A stretch of DNA of 53,822 nucleotides, filler included, from Jimgerdemannia flammicorona (taxonomy: Eukaryota): the NCBI GenBank assembly GCA_003990765.1. It is 3 parts of 3 records of this genome, joined end to end, with 100 filler letters (N's around TTAATTAATTAA, not from the genome) between each part and the next. Parts side by side here need not be neighbours in the genome. Positions count along the whole stretch, not along the records: positions 1 to 17,878 come from RBNJ01002377.1; 2 more parts are not named here. One strand, 5' to 3'. Of this stretch, positions 1 through 11,800 are shown one piece after another (the first letter of the stretch is position 1; every line of letters starts with the position of its first letter). Under the pieces are notes generated by a model that saw only the letters and a program-made list of their open reading frames with translations, ran no database searches and was not told where the DNA came from. The translations under genes were made by a program, and so were the position numbers.

Positions 1-2643
1 GCACACATATACCATTGGAGAAAACTTTCCCCTGGAGGAACAACTTCTCAAGATTCTGCACCAGAACGAAGGAGTACTTGCTACAGACTTAAGAGATATC
101 CACAATCAAGAACCCAAGTATCACTATGAAGTTGACACTGGTGATACCAAGCCTATCTACCAGAAAGCCAGACCCATACCACCTGCCTACAGAGAGTGGC
201 TGTGAGCCGAACTCAAGGAAATGGAAGAAGCTGGAATCATCAAGCAAGCTATCAGCCCCTGGGCCTCACCCATTGTCCTTGCCCCAAAGAAAGGAAGCAA
301 GCCTAAAGAGTTTGCACCAAGACTCTGCATTGACTACAGGAAACTCAATGCCATTACCAAGAAGGATAGACAGCCCTTGCCAAATATTCAAGAAATCCTT
401 ACCACCCTTAGAAGCAAAGCCAAATACTACACCACCTTGAATCTGTTCTCAGGCTTCCATCAGATCGGTCTCACTCAAGATGCCAGTGAGAAATCAGCCT
501 TCATCACACCTGATGCCACCTATATCTATCTGCGAATGCCATTTGAAATGTGCAATGCCCCAGCAAGTTTCCAGCGAATGATGAACAGAGTCTTCAGCAA
601 CAAGATTGGAAAATGGCTCTTTGTCTATGTTGATGATGTGATCATCTTCAGCAACACTGCACGGGAACATGTCAATCACATACAGCTAGCCCTCAAGAGG
701 CTCAAGGAGCATGGCCTCTACATCAAGCCCAAGAAATACAAGTTTGCAGCTCAAGAAATCACCTATGTAGGACACCTCATCAACCAGACCAGAATCCACA
801 CAAACCTCATGAAGATCGAGGCTATTGTAGCCTACCCAAGACCCAGAACAACCACAGAAGTCTATGCCTTCCTTGGACTGGCCAGCTACTACAGAAGATT
901 CATCAAAAGATACTCCAACATTGCAGCACCTATCTATGAGCTACTGAAGAAGGAGACCAAATTCAAATGGATCAAGGAGTGCCAAGAAACCTTCAATGAA
1001 CTCAAGACCAGGTTGACCCAAGCACCCATCCTCAGAAGACCAGACTGGAGCCTAGAATTCATCCTGCAGACAGATGCAAGTGTTATAGGACTTAGAGCAG
1101 TCCTAGCTCAGAAGAAAGATGGACATGAATATATCATCTCCTACGCAAGCCGAGGTACCCATAGAGTGGAACAGAACTATGAGTCATGCAAGCTTGAATG
1201 CTTAGCGGTAGTTTGGGCAGTAGACAAGTTCCACTACTACCTAGCTGAAAAACACTTCACTATTCAAACAGACTATTCTGCTCTTGCCTGGCTATTCCAC
1301 ACTCTGAACCCCAAGGAATATATGCCAGATAGATCTACAGGCTGCAAGAATATGACTGTACTATCAAGCACTGCCCAGGAAAGACCAACACCAATGCCAA
1401 TGCACTCTCAAGGATACCCCAAAACAGCCCCATCAAGACTATTCAACATGAATAAGGAGCTATACTATGGATTAATTAGCTACCTTGGGCAGTAGAAGAT
1501 GCCCAACCACCTCAAACCCTGGACAATCACCATCATCAACTGGACTTGGAAACAGTTTGAATTAGACAACACTACACTCAGAAAAAGAGGAAAGCTAGTA
1601 ATACCTGAACACAAGAAGTATCAAGTAATGAAGGAAGTACATGAGCAAGGACACTTAGGGGAAACTAACATATATGACAAGGCAAGAAGAACCATATGGT
1701 GGCCCAAGATGAAAGAAGACCTGCACCAATTTGTCAAAGGGTGTGACAAGTGCCAAAAACAGAAACAAGATCAGCAAGACCAGGCACCTGGATCATCAAG
1801 AATTGAGCCTTTCCCCTTCCACCACATCGCAATAGATATCATTGGACCACTACCAGTAACACTATCAGAAAACTGCTATATTATAGTTATTGTAGACCTC
1901 TTCACCAAATGGATAGAGGCAGGAGCATTACAAGAAGCCAATGCCCTCTCTATAGCCAATTTCCTACACCGAGAAATCATCTGCCACTATAAGACACTAA
2001 AGCAAATCACAACAGACCATGGTATAGAATTTGTCAATGGATTCTATGAGATAATGTACCAGAAATACAAGATCTAGCACATCAAGACCACTGCATACCA
2101 CCCTCAAGGAAATGGACAGACAGAGAGAACCAACAAGACCCTTAAGAACATCCTAGCAAAGATCTCAGAGACATATGAGAATTGGGATAACTATCTCCCA
2201 ACTGCCCTCTCTGTTCTATGAGACATATGGTCACAGAGCACACATTTTACCCCAAGAGAGCTGCTCTTCAGAGAAGAAGATTCTAATGGAACCTCAGCTA
2301 CAAATCTAGACCTAACTTGGAGATAAGTTGATGCAGAAATCCAGAGACTACACCAAATCAGGAAGAAGGCTGAAGATTACATCTCCAAGTCATAAGCACT
2401 GACAAGGAAGAATGCAGAAAAGAATCACAAGGCCCTAGAACCCATCCGAATTGGAGAAAAGGTTCTACTGTATCAAAATATGGTAAAAGCCTCATGGTCA
2501 TGAAAACTGGAGCCCAAATGGGAAGGACCCTTCTATGTGCAAGATATCAAGGGAACTATCTTCTAGCTTAGAAAAATCTCATGGACCATACTGCCTACCA
2601 CAGTATATAGGAACAGACTCAAGAAGTACCATGAACCTATATA
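1..2643 (+). pseudogene. Gypsy pol (RT, RNase H, integrase) with stops and frameshifts
   Basis: Motifs SPWASPIVL, RLCIDYRKLN, MPF.MCNAPASFQ, YVDDV, QTDAS, H..GH...WWP...CDKCQ, IAIDIIGP, TDHGIEF, YHPQGNGQTERTN, KWEGPF. Confidence 0.95.
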
Positions 2644-2998
2644 AGAGAAGCAAAATGTAATAACTGCCCATGAGGTTCTAGTCCACAAATCATAACAGCA
2701 TGTCCCATAACCAGCAGGCTATCTGTCTGGACTATTCTCTAAGGGATACGGTACTGACAACTACTCATCCATAAGACTTTCACAGTCAGAGGAGTTTGAA
2801 CCATCAACTGATTGGTCAAGATCAGAATCAGGCCCTTGCTCTATATGAAGGGAGTGACCCTTCACTATCACACCAAAATACAAAGAGAAGACACTAGCCC
2901 ATAAATACTAGTTTTTGACCCCTTGCCAGAGGTTATGGGATCAGCAAACTTTTCAAGACTGGACCAATGAATAAGGATACTCAGGAAGATCCTTATTC

Positions 2999-3008
2999 AG
3001 GAGGAAGA
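2999..3008 (+). promoter_or_regulatory. Polypurine tract (PPT) of Gypsy copy A
   Basis: AGGAGGAAGA directly precedes the TG that starts the LTR. The same arrangement occurs at 8482-8491 on the minus strand. Confidence 0.8.
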
Positions 3009-3250
3009 TGTAATGGTGACCCCAGAATGATGACATCAGCACAGGAGACAGCCTTTCCTTATAAGCCATCAGATCGGAGCACAAGAAGATTATATGGCAT
3101 ACGAGATGAGCAATGATGACCAACTGTGAGTCATTGTGACCACAGCATGAGCATCCTGAAGAATATAAAAGAAGGATCAAGGAACCACAGTAGCAGCAAC
3201 CAATAAGAACCACAAATCCCAAAATAGCTCAAAGACTTACCACAAACAAA

Positions 3251-4054
3251 ATGCCTGCTGTCTGCCAAACCTCAAGGTCAAGGAATCACCAAGGTATCTC
3301 AGTTGAGGAAAGGATATTCCAAGACATCAGAAGAGCCATGAGGACCTGCTCAAGAAGGACTCCTAGTGTCAACCTGGGTACTGCAGACCCTTATCACTTT
3401 ATCCTCTACCACTGTGAAATGGAAACAAGGATCACCATTGCTACCGAATGCCTCCAAATGTGGCAGGAGTATGAAATAGGAAACCTCCTCTGCCGGGAGT
3501 TCCTACAGACCAGCACCCAAGAGCTACAAGATGCCACTCCCATGGATATACATGAAACAAGGATAGCTAGGAAGATTAATCAGATCTTCAGGTATGTACC
3601 ATGATCGATCCCCAACTTGGAGTATATTAGAGTCTCAGATTTCAGAGACCTATCATCCCGCTGTATCAATGCACTAGAAGCCAGGGTGACTACAGAAGCC
3701 CAGTCCACTATCACCCTCAACAGTGAAGAAGTAGAAGACTTCTGGTACCCTATCCTCCAGGACAACCCAGATCAATTCCTGCAAGGATTGATCTCAGTAT
3801 TCTAAGACTCAAGTATCTGGATTAGATCTCCCCAAGACCCCACATTTGTTCCTTATTTTGTGGAAGAGAACCTCATAGACTGGAGAGCTCCAGACCTTGT
3901 CTCTGATTTCCCTGCCACAGCCGAACATGATGATGTCATCAATGACATCATCCTATATAATATCAAAGTATGTGAAAATGATGAATTCGTGGATCTCATC
4001 TCCTTCAGTGATGATGATGATGAAGCCCCCATAATCCTGAACTTTCTGCTCTAA
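3251..4054 (+). pseudogene. LTR-encoded orphan ORF (~267 codons, acidic C-terminus) interrupted by two C-to-T-type stops
   Basis: ORF-track pieces 3251..3604, 3617..3805 and 3860..4054 are in one frame, separated by TGA and TAA. Homologous pieces occur in the copy B LTRs and at 21899-22812. Confidence 0.75.
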
Positions 4055-4064
4055 GTTCTTTATT

Positions 4065-4190
4065 ACACTGAATAATACCAGCACCGGTATTCTCATATAA
4101 CACTGGATAATGCCAGCACCAGCATTCTGAGGTGATGCAAAATTGTTCCAGCACCAGTATTTTGATGTGACACTAAATAATGCCAGCCCT
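4065..4190 (+). repeat. ~35-bp imperfect tandem repeats (x4) in the LTR U3 region
   Basis: Recurring unit ACACTG(A/G)ATAAT(A/G)CCAGCACC(A/G)G(T/C)ATTCT, located upstream of the TATA box. Confidence 0.7.
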
Positions 4191-4501
4191 GGAACTTAGT
4201 AGTTTTAGTTATTGGAATTTATATTTAGCTTTATATCTTAGCAACCATTGAATTATATTTTATATAAATACCTCTCTTATTTCCTCTGAAATAAAGTCAG
4301 TCTTCTCAGTGCAATACACACACTTCCTTGCAAGCAATCTAAGAGATAACAAGATAGTTAAAGATAAGAAGTTTGAGGACTATAAGACCTTGGGAAGGCA
4401 CTCCAATAAGAACTTGCTTATAACAAACTTGAGTTAGTCCAAAAGATACACCTTGAAGAGAATCTGGTATATTTGAAGGACTCAGTGACCACTATGTGAC
4501 A

Positions 4502-6976
4502 ATAAATAGGATAGTTCTTTAGAGATCACAATTGTTAGAAATATATAATTTATTCTTGTAATAGATAGTATTGTCCTTTAATTGATATTGATGATATTGA
4601 GAGTACTTGTTGATATTAATATTACTCAGAATTTTTTGAAGTACTTGAGCTTTTATATTATTAGCACATATTGCAATAATTTATTCTATAATAGAATTAA
4701 TAACTAAGGTGATGATTTGTATAAATTCTTCAATTGGTAGTCTAGAGATAGTATCAGTAATAATAGTTTCTTTATTAGGGCAGTATTGTATTTTATAGTC
4801 AAAATTAGTAAGAACTTTTATCTATCTGATTTACTTTTGGGAAAAGATAGCCTAAGTCTTGATATTGATTAAGATTTATAATATATCAATATAGTGAAGT
4901 ATACTCTTTCAAAATATAGATACTATTTAAATCAAGATGTCTATAATGACTAATATTTCCTTCTTGTAAGTAGTATAATTAATTTCAGTATTATTGAACT
5001 TATAAGAATAATAGGTCACAAGATATCTTTCTTATATAAGAACTACTCCAAGAGCAAGGTCAGAGGTATCTATAGTAACTTTATATAAAAAGGCAGAATT
5101 TACTACTTAAAGAACTAGAGTAGTTATTAGAGCATTTTTAAAACTTAGAAGATAGTATCTTATTTTAGTCACTATTTAACAAGATTGATAAAATATTTTC
5201 CTTACTTTATAGTCTTCAGTTATACTTTTATTTTACTACTTTTAATTAATTGAGTAAGAGCAGTAGCAATTTTGCTAAATTTTGTAATAAAATACATATA
5301 GTAGTTTGCTAATTCTAGAAATAACTAGAGGTTCTTTCCCTTTTTTAGTCTAGGTCACTTCTTGATTGAAGAGATTTTACTGAGATTTACTTTAATTCTA
5401 TCAGATATAATAATATATCTAAGGAATTGAATTTCTTTTAAAAGGAATTCACATTTACTGAGTTTTGTATAAAGTTGGTTCTCTTAAAGTTTCAGTAGTA
5501 CTAGTTTAAGATATTTAAGATATTCCTTCAGAGTTTTGCTGAAGACTAGAATATTATTAATATAGATAATATTAAATTTGTCTAGATATAGATATAGAAT
5601 GATATTAATTAGAGTCTGAAAGATTATAGAAGTATTAGTTAAGTCAAAAGGCATAATTAGGAACTCAAAATATCTATAGCAAGTTTGAAAGACAGTTTTT
5701 TAAATATCTTCTTCTTTTATAGTAATTTATTAGTATCTATCAAAGGAGCTTATAAATTGAAGGTTTGTAAACCTGTCAAAGATCTTATCAATTGAGAATA
5801 ATGGATAATAGTTTTTAATTATCTATTTATTGAGATCTCAGTAATTAATATACATTTAGATATCTCCTTCTTTTTTGATAATAAAGATATCTTATATACT
5901 ATATAGTGATATACTTGGTCTAATAAATCCTTATTCTAGGAGTTTATCAATTTTTTCCTTAGGTATATTAATTTCTCTAGAAAACATATAGTAGATTGAC
6001 TTGAAGACTAGTTTAGCATCTAGTATGGTCTTGATTGTATAGTCAACTACTTGTTTGAGTAGTAGTCTTTTAGAAAGTTTCTTTGGAAATATATCTTGAA
6101 ATTTCTAGAGAAGAGGTCTGACTCAACTATCAACTTTAAAAAAGTCTTTCTTAAGATTTTCTGGTTCTTTTTTGAATAAGTATATAGAGATAGTATAAAG
6201 AGAATATTTCTTTACTAATTTTTTAAGTTAGAGTTTGTTAATATAGATGATTCTTAGACTAGAGTTACTAGAGTTGAGTGAATTACTTTCACTTTATAGT
6301 TTAAAACTATAGTATTTTTTCTTAATAGTCAAAGAGTGGTTCACTTAGTCTATCATGAGTTTTTCTTATTTTAACCATAGTGTTTTAAGAATAATCTTAT
6401 TATCTAGAAGTGGTATAATTTAGAGAATAACATATACTTAGTAATCATTAATTTTGAAGGATAGATTGTAGACTTCCTTACTAATAATATATAAGGTTCT
6501 ATCAGCAGTAGCAATTGCTTAAATTTATTGTACTAGAGAGATCAGAACTTTAAGTCTGTTGACTGTTTCTTTATTGATAAAATTGTCAAAAGCACTACTG
6601 TCTATCATGATTTTAACAGAGACTTGATCAATAAAAGCTTATAAGCAGTTTGTCTAATCTAATAGTGGTCATTTCAACTATCAGTAGTTTTCTCCTATTA
6701 GTTCTTTATTTGGTCAGTTTATTAATATTTGAGAAATAATTATCAATTATTCAGAAAGAGTATATTTCAATATCATGAGAGCACTAGCTACTAGGTACAA
6801 ATTCTTCTTCAATTTTCTTATAGAATTATTTTTCTTTATTCACAATAGATTGGGCTAGTACTTTATATCTAGATAATCTAAATTCTATTGATTTTTGAAT
6901 AATAAGTAATAGTTTAGAAACTTCCTTAACTAATAAAGTAGACTCAATTTTCTCAAATAGAATCTGAGTAATATAT
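4502..6976 (-). mobile_element. Old, heavily mutated Gypsy pol relic of another family, interrupted by copies A and B
   Basis: The minus strand near 5630-5680 reads YFEFLIMPFDLTNT (consensus YE..VMPFGLTNAP). The sequence is very AT-rich and has no intact ORFs. Confidence 0.75.
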
Positions 6977-8481
6977 TGTCACATAGTGGTCACTGAGTCC
7001 TTCAAATATGTCAGATTCTCTTCAAGGTATATCTCTTAGACTAACTCAAGTTTGTTATGAGCAAGTTCTTATTGAAGTGCCTTCCCAAGGTCTTATAGTT
7101 CTCAAACTTCTTATCTTTAAACTGTCTTGTTATCTCTTAGATTGCTTGCAAGAAATTGTATATAAGTGAACCAGAACTGACTTTATTTCAGAGGAAATAA
7201 GAGGAGTATTTATACAAAATATAATTCAATGGTTGCTAAGATATAAAGCTAAATATAAATTCCAATAACTAAAATAAAATGCCAGAGCAGAAAAAACTGC
7301 TAAGTTTCAGGATTGGCACTAATAGTTGTACAGATTCAGGATACTGGTATAATTCAGTATTACATCAGAATACTGATACTGGCATAATTCAGTGTTATAT
7401 CAGAATGCCAGTGCTAGCATAATTCAGTGTAACCAAAGAACTTTAGAACAGAATATTCAAGACCATAGGGGCTTCATCCTCATCATCACTGAAGGAGATG
7501 AGATCTGTGAATTCATCATTGTTGTACATTTCACATGCTTCAATATCATATGAGATGACATCATTGCTAATGACATCATCATATTTGGCAGTAGTGGAAA
7601 GGAGGTCTGGGGCTCTCCAGTCTATGAGGTTCTCTTCCACAAAATAGGGGACAAATGTGAGGTCTTGGGGAGGTCTAACCTGAATACTTGGGTTTTGGAA
7701 TATTGAGATCAATCCTTACAGAAATTGGTCTGGGTTGTCCTGAAGGATAGGATGCCAGAAGTCTTCTACTTCATCACTATTGAGGGTGATAGTGGACTGG
7801 GCTTCTGTAGCTACCCTGGTTTCTAGTACATTGATATGGTGAGATGACAGGTCTCTGAAATCTGAGACTCTAACATACTCCAAGTTGGAGATCAACCATA
7901 GTATATGCCTGAAGATCTGATGAATTTTCTTAGCTGTCCTTGCTTCTCATATATCCATGGGTGTGGCATCTTGTAATTCTTGAGGGCAAGCCTGTGGGAA
8001 CTCCTGGTAGAGGAGATTTTCTATTTCATCATACTCCTGCCATATTTAGAGGCATTCAGTAGCAATGGTGATCCTTATTTCCATTTCATAGCAGTAGAGG
8101 ATATAATGATAAGGGTTACCAGTACCCAGGTTAACACTAGGAGTCCTTTTTGAGTGGGTCCTCATGGCTCTTCTGATGTCTTGGAACATCCTTTCTTCAA
8201 CCGAGATGTCTTAGTGGTTCCTTAACCTTGAGATTTGGTGAGCAGTAGGTATTTTGTTTATAGTAAGTCTTTGAGCTATTTTGGAATTGGTGGGTCTTAT
8301 TGGTTGCTGCTACTGCAGTTTCTTGATCCTTCTTTTATATTCCTCAAGATACCATACTGTGGTCACAATGACTCATAGTTGGTCATCATATGCCATATGA
8401 TCTTCTTATACTCCAATCTAATAGCTTGTAAGGAAAGGCTGTCTCCTGTACTAATGTCATCATTCTGGGGTCACCATTACA
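6977..8481 (-). repeat. 3' LTR of copy B
   Basis: Reverse complement of 3009-4501 and direct repeat of 14163-15654. Confidence 0.92.
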
Positions 8482-8849
8482 TCTTCCTCCTGAATAAGAA
8501 TCTTCTTGAATATCCTTATTCATTAGTCCAGTCCTGAAAAATTTGCTGATCCCATAACCTCTGGCAAGGGGTTGAAAAGTAGTATTTATGGGCTGGTGTC
8601 TTCTCTTTGTATTTTGGTATGATGGTGAAGAGTTACTCCCTTCATATAGAGCAAGGGTCTGATTCTGATCTTGATCAATTGGTTGATAGTTCAAACTCCT
8701 CTGGCTTTGAAAGTCTCATGAATGAGTAGTTACTAGTGCTGTATCCCTTAGAGAATGGTCCAGACAGATAGCCTGCTGGTCACAGAATATGCTGTTACAA
8801 TTTGCAGACTAGAACCTCATGGGCAGTCATCACATTTTGCTTTTCTTAT

Positions 8850-11800
8850 ATAGCTTCATGGTACTTCTTGAGTCTGTTCTTATGTATCATAGTAGACAGT
8901 ATAGTCCCTGAGATTTTTTTAAGCCAGAAGGTAGTTCTCTTGATATCTTACATATAGAAGGGTCCTTCCCATTTGGGCTCCAGTTTTTGCAACCATGAGG
9001 CTTCTATTATATTTTGATACAGTAGGATCTTTTCTCTGATTTGGATGAGTTCTAGGGTCTTGTAATTCTTTTCTGCATTCTTCCTTATCAGTGCTTGTGA
9101 CTTGATGATATAATCTTCAGCCTTCTTCCTGATTTGGTATAGTCTCTGGATTTCTGTATTGACCCATCTCCAAGTTAGATCTAGATTTGTGGCTGAGGTT
9201 CCATCAGAATCTTCTTCTCCAAAGAGCAGTTCTCTTGGGGTAAAGTGTGTGCTCTGTAACTATATGTCTTGTAGGATAGAGAGGGCAGTTGAGAGGTAGT
9301 TATCCCAATTCTTGTATATCTCTGAGATTTTTATCAGAATGTTCTTGAGGGTCTTATTGGTTCTTTCTGTCTATCCATTTCCTTGAGGGTGGTATGCAGT
9401 AGTCTTGATGTGCTGAATCTTGTATTTCTGATATATTATCTCATGGAATCTATTGACAAATTCTATGCTACAGTCTGTTGTGATTTGCTTTGGTGTCTTG
9501 TAGTGACAGATGATTTCTCAGTGCAGGAAGTCAGCTATAGAGAGGGCATTGGCTTCTTGTAATTTTCTTACTTCTATCCATTTTGTAAAGAGATCTATAA
9601 TAACTATAATATAGCAGTTTCCTGATAGTGTTACTGATAGTGGTCCAATGATATCCATTGTAATGTGGTGGAAGGGGATAGGCTCAATTTTTGATGACCT
9701 GGGTACCTGGTCTTGCTGATCTTGTTTCTGTTTTTGGCACTTATTACACTCTTTGATAAATTGGTGCAGGTCTTCTTCTATTTTGGGCCACCACATAGTT
9801 CTTTTTACCTTGTTATATATGTTGATTCCTCCTAGGTATCCTTGCTCATATACTTTCTTCATTACTTGATACTTCTTATCTTTGAGTATTACTAGCTTTT
9901 CTCCTTTTCTAAGTGTAGTATTATCTAGTTCAAACTGTTTCCAAGTCTGGTTGATGATGGTGATTATCCAGGGTTTGAGATGGTTGGGAATTTTCCACTG
10001 CCTAAGGTAGCTGATTAATCCATAGTATAACTCCTTATTCATATTGAATAGTCTTGATGAGGGTGATTTGGGGTGTCCTTGAGAGTACATTGGTATTGGT
10101 ATTAGTTCTTCCTGAGCAGTGCTTGATAGTAGTCATACTCTTGCAGCCTGTAGATCCATCTGGTATATATTTCTTTAGGGTTTAGAGTGTGGAATAGCCA
10201 GGCAAGAGCAGAATGGTCTGTTTGAATGGTGAAGTGTTTTCCAGCTAGGTAGTAGTAGAACTTATCTACTGCTCAAACTACTGCTAAGCATTTGAGCTTA
10301 CATGACTTGTAGTTCTGTTCTACTCTACAGGTACCTCAGCTTGTATAGGAGGTGACATATTCATGTCCATCTTTCTTCTGAGCTAGGACTGCTCCAAGTC
10401 CTATAGTACTTACATCTGTCTGCAAGATGAATTCTAGGTTCCAATCTGATCTTCTGAGGATAGGTACTTGGATCAATCTGGTCTTAAGTTCATTGAAGGT
10501 TTCTTGGCATTCCTTGGTCCATTCAAATTTGGTTTTCTTCTTCAGATAGGTGCTGCAATATTAGAGTATCCTTTGATAAATCTTCTGTAGTAGCTGGCCA
10601 GTCCAAGGAAGGCATGGACTTCTGTAGTTGTTCTGGGTCTTGAGTAGGCTGCAACAGTCTCAATCTTTATGGGTTCTATGTAGATTCTGGTCTAGTTGAT
10701 GAGGTATCCTAGGTAGGCAATTTCCTGGGCTACAAACTTGCATTTCTTAGACTTGATATAAAGGCCATGCTCCTTGAGCTTCTTGAGAGCTAGCTGTATA
10801 TAATTAATATATTCCTGTACAGTGTTGCTAAAGATGATCACATTATCAATATAGACAAAGAGCCATTTTCCAATCTCATTGCTGAAGACTCTGTTCATCA
10901 TTTACTGGAAACTTGCTGGTGTATTGTATATTCTAAATAGCATTCACAGGTAGATATAGGTGGTATAAGATGTGATAAAGGCTGATTTCTCACTGATATC
11001 TTGAGTGAGACCAATCTGATGGAAGTCTGAGAACAGATCCAAGGTGGTGTAGTATTTGGCTTTGCTTTCAAGGGTGGTAAGGATTTCTTGAATATTTGGC
11101 AAGAGCTACCTATCCTTCTTGGTGATGGCATTGAGCTTCCTGTAGTCAATGCAGAGTCTTGGCACAAACTCTCCAGGCTTACTTTCTTTCTTCAGAGTAA
11201 GGACAATGGGTGAAGCCCAGAGACTGATGGCTTGCTTGATAATTCCAGCTTTTTCCATTTCCTTGAGTTCTGCTTGTAGTCATTCTCTGTAGGCAAGTGG
11301 TATAGGTCTGGCTTTCTGGTAGATGGACTTAGTATTACCAGTGTCAACTTCATAGTAATACTTGGATTCTTAATTGTGAATATCCCTGAAATCTGTAGCA
11401 AGTACTCTTTTATTCTGGTGCAGGATCTTGAGAAGTTATTCTTTTAGAGGAAAGTTTTCTCCAATGGTATATGTATGCTTGTTCTGGTCCCTGTCTTTCT
11501 TGTGCTCAAGTTTGGTAATCTTAGTAGTAGCATAGGCTCCTCTTCCAGTAGATCTAAAGTCTTGTTCTCCTCTCTTAGTCTTGATGAGTTTGATGGCTTC
11601 AGTGATCTTGGGCTTCTTGATTTCATGGATCAGCATCTGGCCAATCCTATCATACTTCTTGACTTTGAATGGGGTGGTGGGGTTGTGATTTCTGACTATG
11701 AGGAAGATCTCACCAGTATAATCAGGGTCAATTACTTCTCCTTTAACTGAGATTTCACTTTTGGCCAGACTGCTCCTGGTCTTCATAATTCCAGCATAGT

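Larger units (their letters stand above)
1..4501 (+). mobile_element. Ty3/Gypsy LTR retrotransposon copy A (5' part lies outside the window), degenerate
   Basis: RT-RNaseH-integrase order, then PPT (AGGAGGAAGA, 2999-3008) and an LTR TGTAATGG...TGTGACA (3009-4501). It is a near reverse-complement match to 6977-11477. Confidence 0.95.
3009..4501 (+). repeat. 3' LTR of copy A (~1.49 kb)
   Basis: TG...CA termini. It matches both LTRs of copy B and has a TATA-like TATATAAATA (4261) and AATAAA (~4290). Confidence 0.92.

Noticed and set aside
3251..4054. env gene
   Set aside because: No signal peptide or transmembrane segment, too short, and located inside the LTR.
4065..4190. CRISPR-like array
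   Set aside because: Contiguous imperfect units without unique spacers, in a eukaryotic LTR context.
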